Below, piece by piece: positions 9,515 through 19,653 of a DNA stretch of 40,502 nt; the first letter of the stretch is position 1; every line of letters begins with the position of its first letter. The DNA is taken from positions 1 through 40,502 of the forward strand of contig JAEOTP010000032.1 of NCBI GenBank assembly GCA_016839765.1, read 5' to 3'. The notes below the pieces were generated by a model. That model searched no databases. It saw only the letters and a list, made by a program, of their open reading frames with translations, and was not told the origin of the DNA. Source of the DNA: Promethearchaeota archaeon. Lineage in GTDB: Archaea > Asgardarchaeota > Lokiarchaeia > Sigyniarchaeales > SOKP01. Both the position numbers and the translations under genes were made by a program.

Positions 9515-9985
9515 TTATTCAAAACCAATTTTTAACTGTTGTAATAGCTCAATTAAAGAATTAGTTAACTTATAGTTTTTTAACGCATCAAATGGGACAA
9601 ATTTAGCTTCTAATGCATCAGAATCAGGTATTGGTGGTTGATTTGGATCGCCTCCAACTTGTTCTACAAAATAATTGATTAAAACGTAGTGATATTCAAC
9701 TTTCCCCGCTTTATCATACATTACTTTATCAATTATTCCTGCCAATTTTGTAACTTTTACTTTAAATCCTGTCTCTTCAAAACCTTCTCTCTCAGCTGCG
9801 GTAATTACTTTTTCTCCAAGTTCTAAATGTCCACCTGGTATTGACCAATATCCGGCATCTGGATCATATTTTCTTTTTACTAATAATAATGATTTATTAC
9901 GAATTAGAAGAATTCCCACCCCCACGTGGGGTCGAACCGGGTATTTCCTTGTATCAAAAGCGGTTAATTTATCTTTGTTAACCAT
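9515..9985 (-). CDS. Nudix hydrolase
   Basis: Nudix box GHLELGEKVITAAEREGFEETG. Confidence 0.9.
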   Translation of the reverse strand: MVNKDKLTAFDTRKYPVRPHVGVGILLIRNKSLLLVKRKYDPDAGYWSIPGGHLELGEKVITAAEREGFEETGFKVKVTKLAGIIDKVMYDKAGKVEYHYVLINYFVEQVGGDPNQPPIPDSDALEAKFVPFDALKNYKLTNSLIELLQQLKIGFE

Positions 9986-10161
9986 ATAATCTCATTTTAA
10001 AATTGTTATCAAAATCAAAATCTTCTCTGGATTGAAATAATATTTTATTAATTTTTTATTAATTTTATCATACTTTTTTGACTAAAAATATAAATACTTA
10101 TATTGATATTAACTTGATAATTTCTACAATTATTATAAATAAATCTTAGGCGAAATTACAA

Positions 10162-13100
10162 ATGTATAGATTGAAAAAGAAGTTTAAAAGCATCTTTTTA
10201 CTAATATTCCTTACTTTAATATTATTGCTTTCATTTAATGCTCCTTCTAGCCTTTATAAATCTTCTAAAATGGATTTAAATTCTACTGATCAAGATTTAG
10301 TAAATTATAAGAATTCAGACCATACTTTTATCTATACTCTAAACGGTAATCAATATTTAGCAGAGTATATAACAAAAGATAAAATTGAGGAGATGAAAAA
10401 AGATGGAGTGTTTGAGGAAGCAAGAAGAAATTACAATGATATTATCGATGGTCATGGTACAGGATATTCTAAACCAACGGCAGATGATTTGGATTCTCTT
10501 GTTGGAAAAATATCATTATTAGGATTAGTTTCAGATTACAAACGAGGCTATAAAGCTACAGCAGATATTTCAACAGAAATATATTTTCCGGTAGTTGGAG
10601 ATCAAGGTAGGCAGGGTTCTTGTACCTCATGGGCTAATGTATATTATGCTTTTGGATATTTAGAAGCAAAAGATTATGGATGGGATGCAAGTTCGGGAAA
10701 TCCAAACTACTTATTAAGTCCAGCATGGTCATATAATAAAATAGCTGCTTATGATTATGGCTCAATACCTTCGGAAACTGCTGAACTTATAAAACAGTGG
10801 GGTGTAGCAACTTTAAGCACTATGCCTTATAATGATATGGATGTTAATAATTGGGGAAATGAAGCTGCTTGGCGAGAAGCTCCTTATCATAGGCCTCTTG
10901 ATTATAGTCTAATTACCTATGTAGGTAATTCCACCATTGATGTTATCAAAAGTATACTAGACAGTGGAACTCCAGTTACTATCGGAATTGATGCGAATCA
11001 ATTTTCCAATGGATTGAATGATACAGATTATATACTATCTTCAGATGAATATAATGTAGTTGGATTAAATCACGCACAATGTTTTGTGGGATATGATGAT
11101 TCCATTTCAGAAGGAAGTGATATAGGAGCATTTAGAGTGGTCAATTCATGGGGGGCTGGTTGGATGGACGATGGATATTATTGGTTAACCTACGATGCGT
11201 TTCACGAATTCGGAGCTGTTGGTGATCAGCAAATAGTTTTCCTAACCGATCGAATTGACTATAATCCTGATTTAATTGCTACATGGGAATTTAGTCCAGG
11301 ATCAACTAGAATGGGTGATATTTTAACATTAGGAGTTGGTCCACATGATACCCCATTAGATTATATAACTCCGCATTATGATGCTGATGTTAATAACTTA
11401 TTTCCGGAATTTATGGCATTCGATATTACAGACTTTTACACCTATTATAATATAAATAACGATGTATTTTTTTATCTTGAGATTGGTTCAGCTGATATTA
11501 ATGGAATAATATCATCATTTAAACTTGAAAGATATCTAGGGGGAATTCTCCAACAGATTTCCCAAGAATCACCTGATGTCCCAGAAAATACTCCGGGATA
11601 TGTAAATGCTACATTTATGATTTTTAATCACGAACTAAAACTGTGTTTAAAAGCTCCAACAGATCCTAAAATATACAATCCTTATCAGATTGAAGCGTTA
11701 GTAATCAATAATGGTGCTAGTGGTGAAACCAGCGTAGATTTTGATTTACTGCTCAATAATGTTCCAGTTCATTCAATTACTATTCCTAGTCTTTCAAGTG
11801 GAACAAATACAACTATTATTTATCTATGGACACCCACGGAATATGAGGTTTATAATTTCACCGCATATGTGCCTCCGGTGCCTGGAGAAACGTATAGATC
11901 TAACAATTATGCCTCTGAAATATTATATATACTAGGCCCAATTTTTTATGATGATTTTGAAAGTGGCTTATCTCAGTGGGTATCCATAACAGGGCTTTGG
12001 CATTTAACTGACAATAGTAGTGCATGGTTAAATCCATATAATTCACCGATTCATTCTATGTGGTTTGGTAATGAATCTACTGGTAACTATGAAACAGGTT
12101 TTCAAGAATTTGGAAGTATAACATCAACCTCCATTAACTTAATGACTATTGGTGTAGCTTTCTTAGAGTTTTACCATTGGCGAGAAGGAGAAGGACATGG
12201 GTATGATATTTCTTATGTATATATATCTATTGATGGTTTTATTTGGGATCTCATTTATCAAACTGATGAATATCACATTATGCCATGGGAAAAAGTATCT
12301 ATAGATATCTCTGCTTATACTGGAAATCCTTCAGTGCAAATAATGTTTGAGTTTGATACGATTGATAATATTGCAAATGATTATAGAGGTTGGTTAATAG
12401 ATGACATAGTAATTATGGGTACAGGAGTAGTTATACCACATGATTTAAGAGTTTCGCTAGATGTTCCTGAGTTTCCTACAATTTCTAATACTTACTCTAT
12501 TAATGCTACAATTACTAATACTGGAACGAGTGACGAATCGGATGTAGATCTATTCTTCTATTTAGATGGGATTTTGATAGATTCCATTTATATATCAAAT
12601 TTTCCTTCTGGGACCAGCCAAACCATTAATTATCTATGGACTCCCACTGACTATGGAGATTATAGTTTTAAGGCATATGCTCCACCAGTAATAGGGGAGA
12701 CTTATACAATGGATAATCTTAAATTGAAATTAATACCAATTCACGAGATAATACTTTTTGATGGATTAATACTCAACTACTCATTTACTATATCTGGTCA
12801 AACTTATCTTATGCAATGTGGATATTCATCTCTTTCAGAGAAAGATTTTCATGCTGATTACTCAATATATAATGGAAGTATTCTTCTCCTAAAAGGCTAT
12901 TGGGAGGTAAATAGTCAAACAAGAATTATAACTGATTCTTCTATTACAGGGTTTATTCTTCTGGATGTCGGATTACACACACCTTTATGGATCTTTACAG
13001 ATAGTTCAATCGGTGATGAAATTCCCATATCGGTTGCTGGTTCAGACCATATGTTTAACGTATCAGATGAATTAACTTATAATCTCTCTGATTTTGGATT

Positions 13101-13374
13101 AGTAGAGGTATGGGTGTTGGAAGATTTAAGTTTTCCAGGCGGTTTTGCGTGGTATGAGAAAAATTCAGGCCTACTATTAAATGGCACGTTTCTTTATGAG
13201 CTCGGGATGACAACTGTTAACTACTCACTTACTCTTGTTTATTCTAATTACTTTGAAGTTGAAGAAGAAGGAAAAGGTATCCCGGGCTATAACCTACTAT
13301 TTATTATTGCGTCTCTAGGTGTAATAATACTCCTCTCGGCAAAAGTGAAATTTAAAAAAATCAAGAATTTTTAA
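10162..13374 (+). CDS. Surface-anchored C1A (papain-like) cysteine peptidase with two CARDB-like repeats, a beta-sandwich domain and a Loki-CTERM tail
   Basis: Signal/TM N-terminus; DQGRQGSCTSWA (catalytic Cys), NHAQCFVGYDD (His), VNSWGAGW (Asn); repeated YLWTPT.Y..Y.F.AY.PPV.GETY; ends IPGY-TM-KVKFKKIK. Confidence 0.88.
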   Translation: MYRLKKKFKSIFLLIFLTLILLLSFNAPSSLYKSSKMDLNSTDQDLVNYKNSDHTFIYTLNGNQYLAEYITKDKIEEMKKDGVFEEARRNYNDIIDGHGTGYSKPTADDLDSLVGKISLLGLVSDYKRGYKATADISTEIYFPVVGDQGRQGSCTSWANVYYAFGYLEAKDYGWDASSGNPNYLLSPAWSYNKIAAYDYGSIPSETAELIKQWGVATLSTMPYNDMDVNNWGNEAAWREAPYHRPLDYSLITYVGNSTIDVIKSILDSGTPVTIGIDANQFSNGLNDTDYILSSDEYNVVGLNHAQCFVGYDDSISEGSDIGAFRVVNSWGAGWMDDGYYWLTYDAFHEFGAVGDQQIVFLTDRIDYNPDLIATWEFSPGSTRMGDILTLGVGPHDTPLDYITPHYDADVNNLFPEFMAFDITDFYTYYNINNDVFFYLEIGSADINGIISSFKLERYLGGILQQISQESPDVPENTPGYVNATFMIFNHELKLCLKAPTDPKIYNPYQIEALVINNGASGETSVDFDLLLNNVPVHSITIPSLSSGTNTTIIYLWTPTEYEVYNFTAYVPPVPGETYRSNNYASEILYILGPIFYDDFESGLSQWVSITGLWHLTDNSSAWLNPYNSPIHSMWFGNESTGNYETGFQEFGSITSTSINLMTIGVAFLEFYHWREGEGHGYDISYVYISIDGFIWDLIYQTDEYHIMPWEKVSIDISAYTGNPSVQIMFEFDTIDNIANDYRGWLIDDIVIMGTGVVIPHDLRVSLDVPEFPTISNTYSINATITNTGTSDESDVDLFFYLDGILIDSIYISNFPSGTSQTINYLWTPTDYGDYSFKAYAPPVIGETYTMDNLKLKLIPIHEIILFDGLILNYSFTISGQTYLMQCGYSSLSEKDFHADYSIYNGSILLLKGYWEVNSQTRIITDSSITGFILLDVGLHTPLWIFTDSSIGDEIPISVAGSDHMFNVSDELTYNLSDFGLVEVWVLEDLSFPGGFAWYEKNSGLLLNGTFLYELGMTTVNYSLTLVYSNYFEVEEEGKGIPGYNLLFIIASLGVIILLSAKVKFKKIKNF

Positions 13375-13553
13375 TTTATTTTTTTTTTATTTTTAATTCT
13401 TATGGATCTAAAAGAGTGAAAAAGATATTTGGCTCCTTTTAAAAACTATTTTATAACCCGCAATATCAAATTTCAAATTATTTAGTTAATTAGATAAATT
13501 GCAGTAAATTATCTAAAAATCATCTCAATCTAAAAATTAAGGTTAGAACAAAT

Positions 13554-14051
13554 TTGAATAGAATTTGGCCATGGTATTGGCCTAAAAATGGGATGCCTAA
13601 AAAAACTGAGCCATTTACTTGGATAATTAAGGGAAAAATGGCAGCCAGTTGGTGGCCAGACCTTCCTCTATATGGAATCTATAAGAAAGAAGGGATTTCA
13701 GTAATAGTAAATTGTTCTGAATTTGATAATCACAAAGATGTTCCTAAAAAATTTAAATATTACCATATTAATGTCCCTGATTATGGAATTCCAAGTAATA
13801 AGCAAATTGGCAAATTTCTTCAAATTTGTAAAATACATATTCAAAAACAGGAAGCAATAGTAGTTCATTGTGTAGCCGGATGTGGCCGAACCGCCCAATT
13901 TATTATCGTTTGGGCAGCTAGTACTGGATATATTCCAAATAGTATAGATCCTGTAAAATGGATACGAAAATTAAGACCTTGCAGTTTAGAAACTAAAGAA
14001 CAGATGGCTCAAGCTAGAAAATTAGTTAAAGCATATCAAATAAACCATTAG
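13554..14051 (+). CDS. Dual-specificity / protein-tyrosine phosphatase family protein
   Basis: HCVAGCGRT (CX5R), acid loop VPDY, and C-terminal RP.SLET.EQ. Confidence 0.9.
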   Translation: MNRIWPWYWPKNGMPKKTEPFTWIIKGKMAASWWPDLPLYGIYKKEGISVIVNCSEFDNHKDVPKKFKYYHINVPDYGIPSNKQIGKFLQICKIHIQKQEAIVVHCVAGCGRTAQFIIVWAASTGYIPNSIDPVKWIRKLRPCSLETKEQMAQARKLVKAYQINH

Positions 14052-14156
14052 TGAAAAGCTTATATTACATTACTTTTATATGTTTATTAAATTCTGAATT
14101 TATTTATTGCTATAAAAATATTATTTCAAAATGGAATTTAGATTTTAGGCTCGCTT

Positions 14157-15311
14157 ATGAATAAAACAGACTACCTTTATATGATTCTTGATAATATTCT
14201 GGTTTTTAATATAAAACTTCCACCAGAATTTCAAGGTAATGGATTAAACGGCCATCTTAATAAATTTGATGAATATGGATTAAAGGTAATAGCTGGATTT
14301 AATAAAAATTTCTTAGACCATTTCTTAAAAATCTCAAGAGGCAAGACTCAAAATGATATTAAAGATGCGTTAAAAAAGATGGAAAAAATTTCCTATATGG
14401 TTGGACCAATAGGAAACTTAAACTATTTAACACCTGAGCAGGTAGATCATATCCTTACAAAAATTCAAACTCTTAAATTTGAAGAAATTAATGAAGAAAA
14501 GATTGGGTTAGTAGCAGATGATTTATTGAGAGAGCAATTTGGTGCTCCTGGTAATTATAGTGCCGCCGATGCGTTGGAAAGTCAGCTTTCAAGCGCAGCA
14601 TTTTATTTAATGAATATGGGGTATTACAGTGAAGAAATTCAAGAAAAATTTAATGAGGTAAGGAGGCATCCTTCAAAACTGGGAGAGCTGTTTACACTTC
14701 CCCAGAAGGAGATCTACAGCATACCTACTGAGATAGAACAATCCTCTACGGTTTCTCCTCCTAGTAGCTCAGAATCAGAGGCAGATAATAATCAGAGTAT
14801 CAATGATGTTATTGCTCGTCATGTCCAATCAATTCACCAAGATATTACAGAAGAGAAAGCGCAAAAGGTGGATGAAATTCTCCAAGAGATAAAAGCTCAT
14901 GTTAAAGATAGTATGTCAGAATTGCAAGAAAAGGTATTTAGACAAATGCATCCTGATAGATTAAATCGTGCATTAAAAATGCTTAGAACTACTAAACGAA
15001 AATCAAAACGAATGCAACTTTTTCTCGAATGGTTTTCAGAAAGTTTTCTTCTTTCGAAAATTGAGTTAAAAGTAGAACACTGGCAAGTATCTTCTTCAGC
15101 AGGACATGGAAGTGCTGGAGTATATACTGCTGGCATTGATTTTTCCCGTTATGACAATATCATTAGAGAATTTCCAGACAATAAATTAACTAAGGTTGTA
15201 AATATAACTCGAAAAATATTGCAAAATCCTACGAAAAAAGCAATTCAGAAGCTAGGACAAGATCTCATAGCCGAAACAGGCTTCGATGAGCATCTCTATT
15301 TTACAGATTAA
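14157..15311 (+). CDS. Hypothetical protein, two helical domains joined by a Ser/Pro-rich linker
   Basis: 384-aa ORF with no recognised family motif. Confidence 0.7.
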   Translation: MNKTDYLYMILDNILVFNIKLPPEFQGNGLNGHLNKFDEYGLKVIAGFNKNFLDHFLKISRGKTQNDIKDALKKMEKISYMVGPIGNLNYLTPEQVDHILTKIQTLKFEEINEEKIGLVADDLLREQFGAPGNYSAADALESQLSSAAFYLMNMGYYSEEIQEKFNEVRRHPSKLGELFTLPQKEIYSIPTEIEQSSTVSPPSSSESEADNNQSINDVIARHVQSIHQDITEEKAQKVDEILQEIKAHVKDSMSELQEKVFRQMHPDRLNRALKMLRTTKRKSKRMQLFLEWFSESFLLSKIELKVEHWQVSSSAGHGSAGVYTAGIDFSRYDNIIREFPDNKLTKVVNITRKILQNPTKKAIQKLGQDLIAETGFDEHLYFTD

Positions 15312-15326
15312 TCTTCAATTGAAGAA

Positions 15327-16946
15327 TTAAAGATCCTTCTTATAAACTGTTTTTCCCCTTATAATTGTTGCCATAACTTGAATTTCTTTTATTCTTTCTT
15401 TTGACACGTTCATAGGATTTTTATTTAATACCACAAAATCAGCCAATTTTCCTACTTCAATAGATCCTTTTATATTTTCTTCAAAAGCAGCATATGCTGC
15501 ATTTATTGTATAAGTTTTTATTGCTTCTTCTATACTAATACATTGTTCTGGTATAAAATCATTGCGTGTTACCAGAGCATGGATTCCTAATATTGGGCTT
15601 GGATCCTCTATTGGACAATCAGAACCTGAGATTAACATTACTCCGGCATCAATTATAGATTTAAATGGATAAGTATACTTACATCGATCTTTACCCAAAC
15701 GCTTCTCTAACCACATGTATTCTGAATTTATAAATGGTGGTTGGCATGAAGCAATAATTCCATATTTTCGCATATCATTTATAACATCACTGGTTAACAT
15801 AGAAGCATGTTCAATTCTGTGTCTATGATTTTCTCGGGGGAATTCTTCTAGAAGCCTTTTATATAAATTCATCGCAACCCTATTTCCCTTATCTCCAATT
15901 GCATGAACTACAATCTGAAGACCTTTATTATGTGCCTGTTTCATTTTTCCATATATTTCTTCCTCTTCAATGACGCAAAATCCACACATATCTGGGGCAT
16001 CAGAGAAAGGTTCAAACATACAAGCGGTTTTTGCTCCAAAAGACCCATCAAGAAAAAGCTTCAATCCCCCTATTTTAAATTTACTGTCTTCTTTCTCTCC
16101 ATCAAAAAAGGATTTCTTAATTCTAAACAGTTTTCTTACTTTCTCAATATTAACCAAAATATAACAGTTCTGAAGTACTTTATCTTGTAAATGTTTAAAC
16201 AATGGCAATTCTACAGCACCAACGTCACCAAATTCACCACCTCTATCTGCACTGAGTATGACATGTAAGGAGGTGAGCCCTTTTTTAGCAAAGCTCTCAA
16301 AGGCTTTAGTAGCAGCGCTTTCTATTTCTTTTGCTTTTGGAAATTTTACTTTAGACAGAATTAAATTTATTGCTTTTTCAGTTATTATTCCATTAAGTTT
16401 TCCCGTGTGATCTCTACGAAATTCTCCACCATCAGGAATTTTTGTTCTTTCATGTATTTCAGCAAGCTCTAATGCTCTTGAATTCGCAATGCCAATATGA
16501 CTATCATATCTTAAGATAAATACAGGATGTTCAGGACAAGCATCATCCAAGTCCCAACGGGTAGGCAAAACAGGATTTTCAAATTTTTCCTCACTTAAAT
16601 TAAATCCTATTAACAATTCATTTTTGTTTTTTCCTTTAACAGATTCTTTTAAAAGAAAATCTAATTCTTCCAAGCTACTAACATTTGTTAAATCAGGAAA
16701 CAAGAAATATAATGTATACAAAATAGGATGAAGATGACAATCAGTGAACCCTGGTAAAAGTGTATAGCCATTTAAATTAATTAATTCAAAGCCTTCCTTA
16801 AGAATATTTTTTACATCACTTAGAGACCCAACAGCTATTATTTTTTCTCCATTAATACCAACAGCTTCGACTTTGGGTTGTGATTCATTTACTGTTAGAA
16901 TAGGTCCGCCATAAAAGAGTTTCTTCCTTAATTTTTGAGGATCCAT
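15327..16946 (-). CDS. Metal-dependent amidohydrolase (Amidohydro_3 / YtcJ-like)
   Basis: PGFTDCHLH, KLFLDGS, HAIGD, RIEHAS, GSDCP and GKLADFVVL. Confidence 0.9.
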   Translation of the reverse strand: MDPQKLRKKLFYGGPILTVNESQPKVEAVGINGEKIIAVGSLSDVKNILKEGFELINLNGYTLLPGFTDCHLHPILYTLYFLFPDLTNVSSLEELDFLLKESVKGKNKNELLIGFNLSEEKFENPVLPTRWDLDDACPEHPVFILRYDSHIGIANSRALELAEIHERTKIPDGGEFRRDHTGKLNGIITEKAINLILSKVKFPKAKEIESAATKAFESFAKKGLTSLHVILSADRGGEFGDVGAVELPLFKHLQDKVLQNCYILVNIEKVRKLFRIKKSFFDGEKEDSKFKIGGLKLFLDGSFGAKTACMFEPFSDAPDMCGFCVIEEEEIYGKMKQAHNKGLQIVVHAIGDKGNRVAMNLYKRLLEEFPRENHRHRIEHASMLTSDVINDMRKYGIIASCQPPFINSEYMWLEKRLGKDRCKYTYPFKSIIDAGVMLISGSDCPIEDPSPILGIHALVTRNDFIPEQCISIEEAIKTYTINAAYAAFEENIKGSIEVGKLADFVVLNKNPMNVSKERIKEIQVMATIIRGKTVYKKDL

Positions 16947-17134
16947 AATATTAAAAGATAATTTAGTGTGTTAAACCTAAATTTGACTAAAAATAATTAA
17001 AGATTTTAATTAAATTTTAATTTTTCAAATCTATAATGATATTTCTTAAGAAAGTTTAAAAAATTAAATTTAATTCTAAGGATCAACAATAAATTACTAT
17101 CAATTCTTAGAATTGTTGAATAGGCGAGCTAAAT

Positions 17135-19492
17135 ATGGTAAAAAAATCAGATCTAAAAAAACTAAATTCTATGATGGAACAGGCTGAAAAGCTAAAAACG
17201 GAAAAAAAGTATAATAAAGCAGTAGAGAAATATTTAGAATCTATTAGTTTTGTAGAAGAGAAAATAAGAGAAGATGAAGATAAAAAAGATGAAATTAATA
17301 ATATTAAAACCCTAATAGACCAAATCTATGCTGTTGAAATTATTGATATCCTTGAAAAGGCTAAGATATTAATAGATAAAAAGGATTTTAATGATGCTTT
17401 TACAACTTTTGATGAGGCTATCAGAATTGCAGAAAAAATTGAGGATTTTACTTTAAAAAATAGTGAACTTACTGATATTAATGCATTAATCACTTCTAAT
17501 AAAATAGAAGAATCAATTTACCAAGGAGAAAAATTACTTCAAGAAGAGAAATATGATAATGCGATTAGCTATTTAAGAGATACACTAGATGGAGCGGCGG
17601 AGGTTTATAAGACTAAACCAGGTCATGAAATTATCTCCAGAATAAAGGATATTATTAATCAAACTTATTCTAAAAAAATTAATAACCTTGTTGAACAAGG
17701 TAATCAGTCAAAAGTACTCGGAAATTCAGATTTGGCAATAAAATCGTATGAAGATGCTTTAAAAATTACTGAAGAGTTGTTTGAATCTAACCTTAAAAAT
17801 ACAGAGATTACTAATTTAAGAAATTCAGTAAATCAAATTTATAGTAATGATATTAAACCTTTAGTGGATAAGGGAAAACATTTTATTGAACAAAAATATT
17901 TTGAAGATGCAGTTAAAGAATTTGAAACCGCTTTAGATTTAGCCTATAAAATGTATGACTCTGAACAAAAGCAGAGAGAAATAAATCAAATTAATGAAGT
18001 AGCTGCTGATATTTTAAATCCGATTTATGAGGAAAGAATTAAACCCGTTTTAAATAAAGGAAAAGAATTAACTATCAAGGAGAATTATGCTGAGGATATA
18101 GTAATTGTTACTGAAGCTTTGGGATATTTTGAAAAGGCCTTGGAAATTGCGCGGAGAATGGCTGATTCAACAGAAAGTAGATTAAAACTAAAGGAAATTG
18201 AGGATTTAATGAATAAGACTTGCAAAGCTAGAATAGATTTAATAAGAGATAACGCTTTAAGGAAAACAGCTCAAAGAGACTTTGATGGAGCGGCTAGTGA
18301 ATTATATGGGGCAATTAGTATTGCAAAAAGAATGCCAATACCTGAAGAAGAGAATCAAGAACTTGAAAGTTTAAAGAGTGCTGTAAATAATGCATACTCC
18401 TCTCAAATTGAAGATATCCTTAGAGAAGGAAGAGCATTATTGGAACAAAAAGATTATGATAATGCTTTAGATATTTTTAATAAAGCTCTAGATCTTACTA
18501 ATAAGATGTACCTTGCTGAAGCCATGGAAAAAGAAGTAAATAAAATTAAAAGTCTAATTTATCAAGCCGAGCTAAAACATCTAGTAGGAAGAGGTGATTT
18601 AGTTGAAGAACAAAAGAAATTTGAAAAAGAACTTGAAAAATTAAACAAAAAAATGGAATATGCAAAGACAATTGATGACCCTGAACGAAGATTTGAGGAA
18701 ATGAACAAATTAAAAAAACAAATTGATGAAGTTCATCATTCTGAAATAAAATTACTTATTGAAAAAGCGGAACAATTAGCAGAAGAACGTAATTTCGATG
18801 AATCATTTGAGTTTTTTGAAAAAGCAATCTCTATTAATAATCTAATTGAAGAACCAGAATTCAAGGACAAAATACCAATTAAGACAAAATATAAAAATAC
18901 ACTAATTGATAAAGCAAAATTAGCTATTGGTGAGGATAACTATGATATAGCCATTGATGATTGTAAAAAAGCTCTTGGTTTAGATAGTGCCTTTATAGAA
19001 GCTTATTTCTACATAGGAATCATTAATACAGAAAAACAAGAATATGATATAGCAATTCAAAATTTCAGAAAAGCTCTGGATTTGAATAAAAAACACGCAA
19101 AATCATGGAATCACATGGGATTAGTGTATGAAAAGAAAAAAGAATACGATACTGCTATTGAATCTTATAAAAAAGCTGTTGAAATTGAGCCTTTATATGC
19201 TGAAGCATTTTATAATATGGGAAATTCTTTCAAATATAAAAAAGATTATAGTCGAGCTATAGATAATTACAAAAAAGCAATAGAAATAGAATCTGATTAT
19301 GCCTTGGCATATTTATTTATGGGTGATACATATCTAGATAGAAGAGATTACTATGCTGCAATGGAAAACATCAATAAAGCAGTTGATTTGAATGACTATT
19401 TAAGCTTAGAATTTTCTTCTCTTCTCGAAAGTTTTAAAGGTACTATTGATGAAATCAAAGAAAAATTATCCAATGAATTTGAAAATAAATAA
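17135..19492 (+). CDS. Large TPR / helical-repeat protein
   Basis: About 9 long TPR-like units, followed by canonical 34-aa TPRs (AYFYIG, SWNHMG, AFYNMG, AYLFMG). Confidence 0.85.
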   Translation: MVKKSDLKKLNSMMEQAEKLKTEKKYNKAVEKYLESISFVEEKIREDEDKKDEINNIKTLIDQIYAVEIIDILEKAKILIDKKDFNDAFTTFDEAIRIAEKIEDFTLKNSELTDINALITSNKIEESIYQGEKLLQEEKYDNAISYLRDTLDGAAEVYKTKPGHEIISRIKDIINQTYSKKINNLVEQGNQSKVLGNSDLAIKSYEDALKITEELFESNLKNTEITNLRNSVNQIYSNDIKPLVDKGKHFIEQKYFEDAVKEFETALDLAYKMYDSEQKQREINQINEVAADILNPIYEERIKPVLNKGKELTIKENYAEDIVIVTEALGYFEKALEIARRMADSTESRLKLKEIEDLMNKTCKARIDLIRDNALRKTAQRDFDGAASELYGAISIAKRMPIPEEENQELESLKSAVNNAYSSQIEDILREGRALLEQKDYDNALDIFNKALDLTNKMYLAEAMEKEVNKIKSLIYQAELKHLVGRGDLVEEQKKFEKELEKLNKKMEYAKTIDDPERRFEEMNKLKKQIDEVHHSEIKLLIEKAEQLAEERNFDESFEFFEKAISINNLIEEPEFKDKIPIKTKYKNTLIDKAKLAIGEDNYDIAIDDCKKALGLDSAFIEAYFYIGIINTEKQEYDIAIQNFRKALDLNKKHAKSWNHMGLVYEKKKEYDTAIESYKKAVEIEPLYAEAFYNMGNSFKYKKDYSRAIDNYKKAIEIESDYALAYLFMGDTYLDRRDYYAAMENINKAVDLNDYLSLEFSSLLESFKGTIDEIKEKLSNEFENK

Positions 19493-19653
19493 GTATTTCT
19501 TAAAAAGTTTTAATTTTTACTACTTTCTTGTATTTGCATAACCCTGTTATTGACTCTTCTATCAAATTTGAACTTATGATAATAATGTTAATTATTCCGT
19601 AATAGATTTGTACAAAAAAGTAGTTATTCACATTTTTTTGGTAAAAATAGGGA

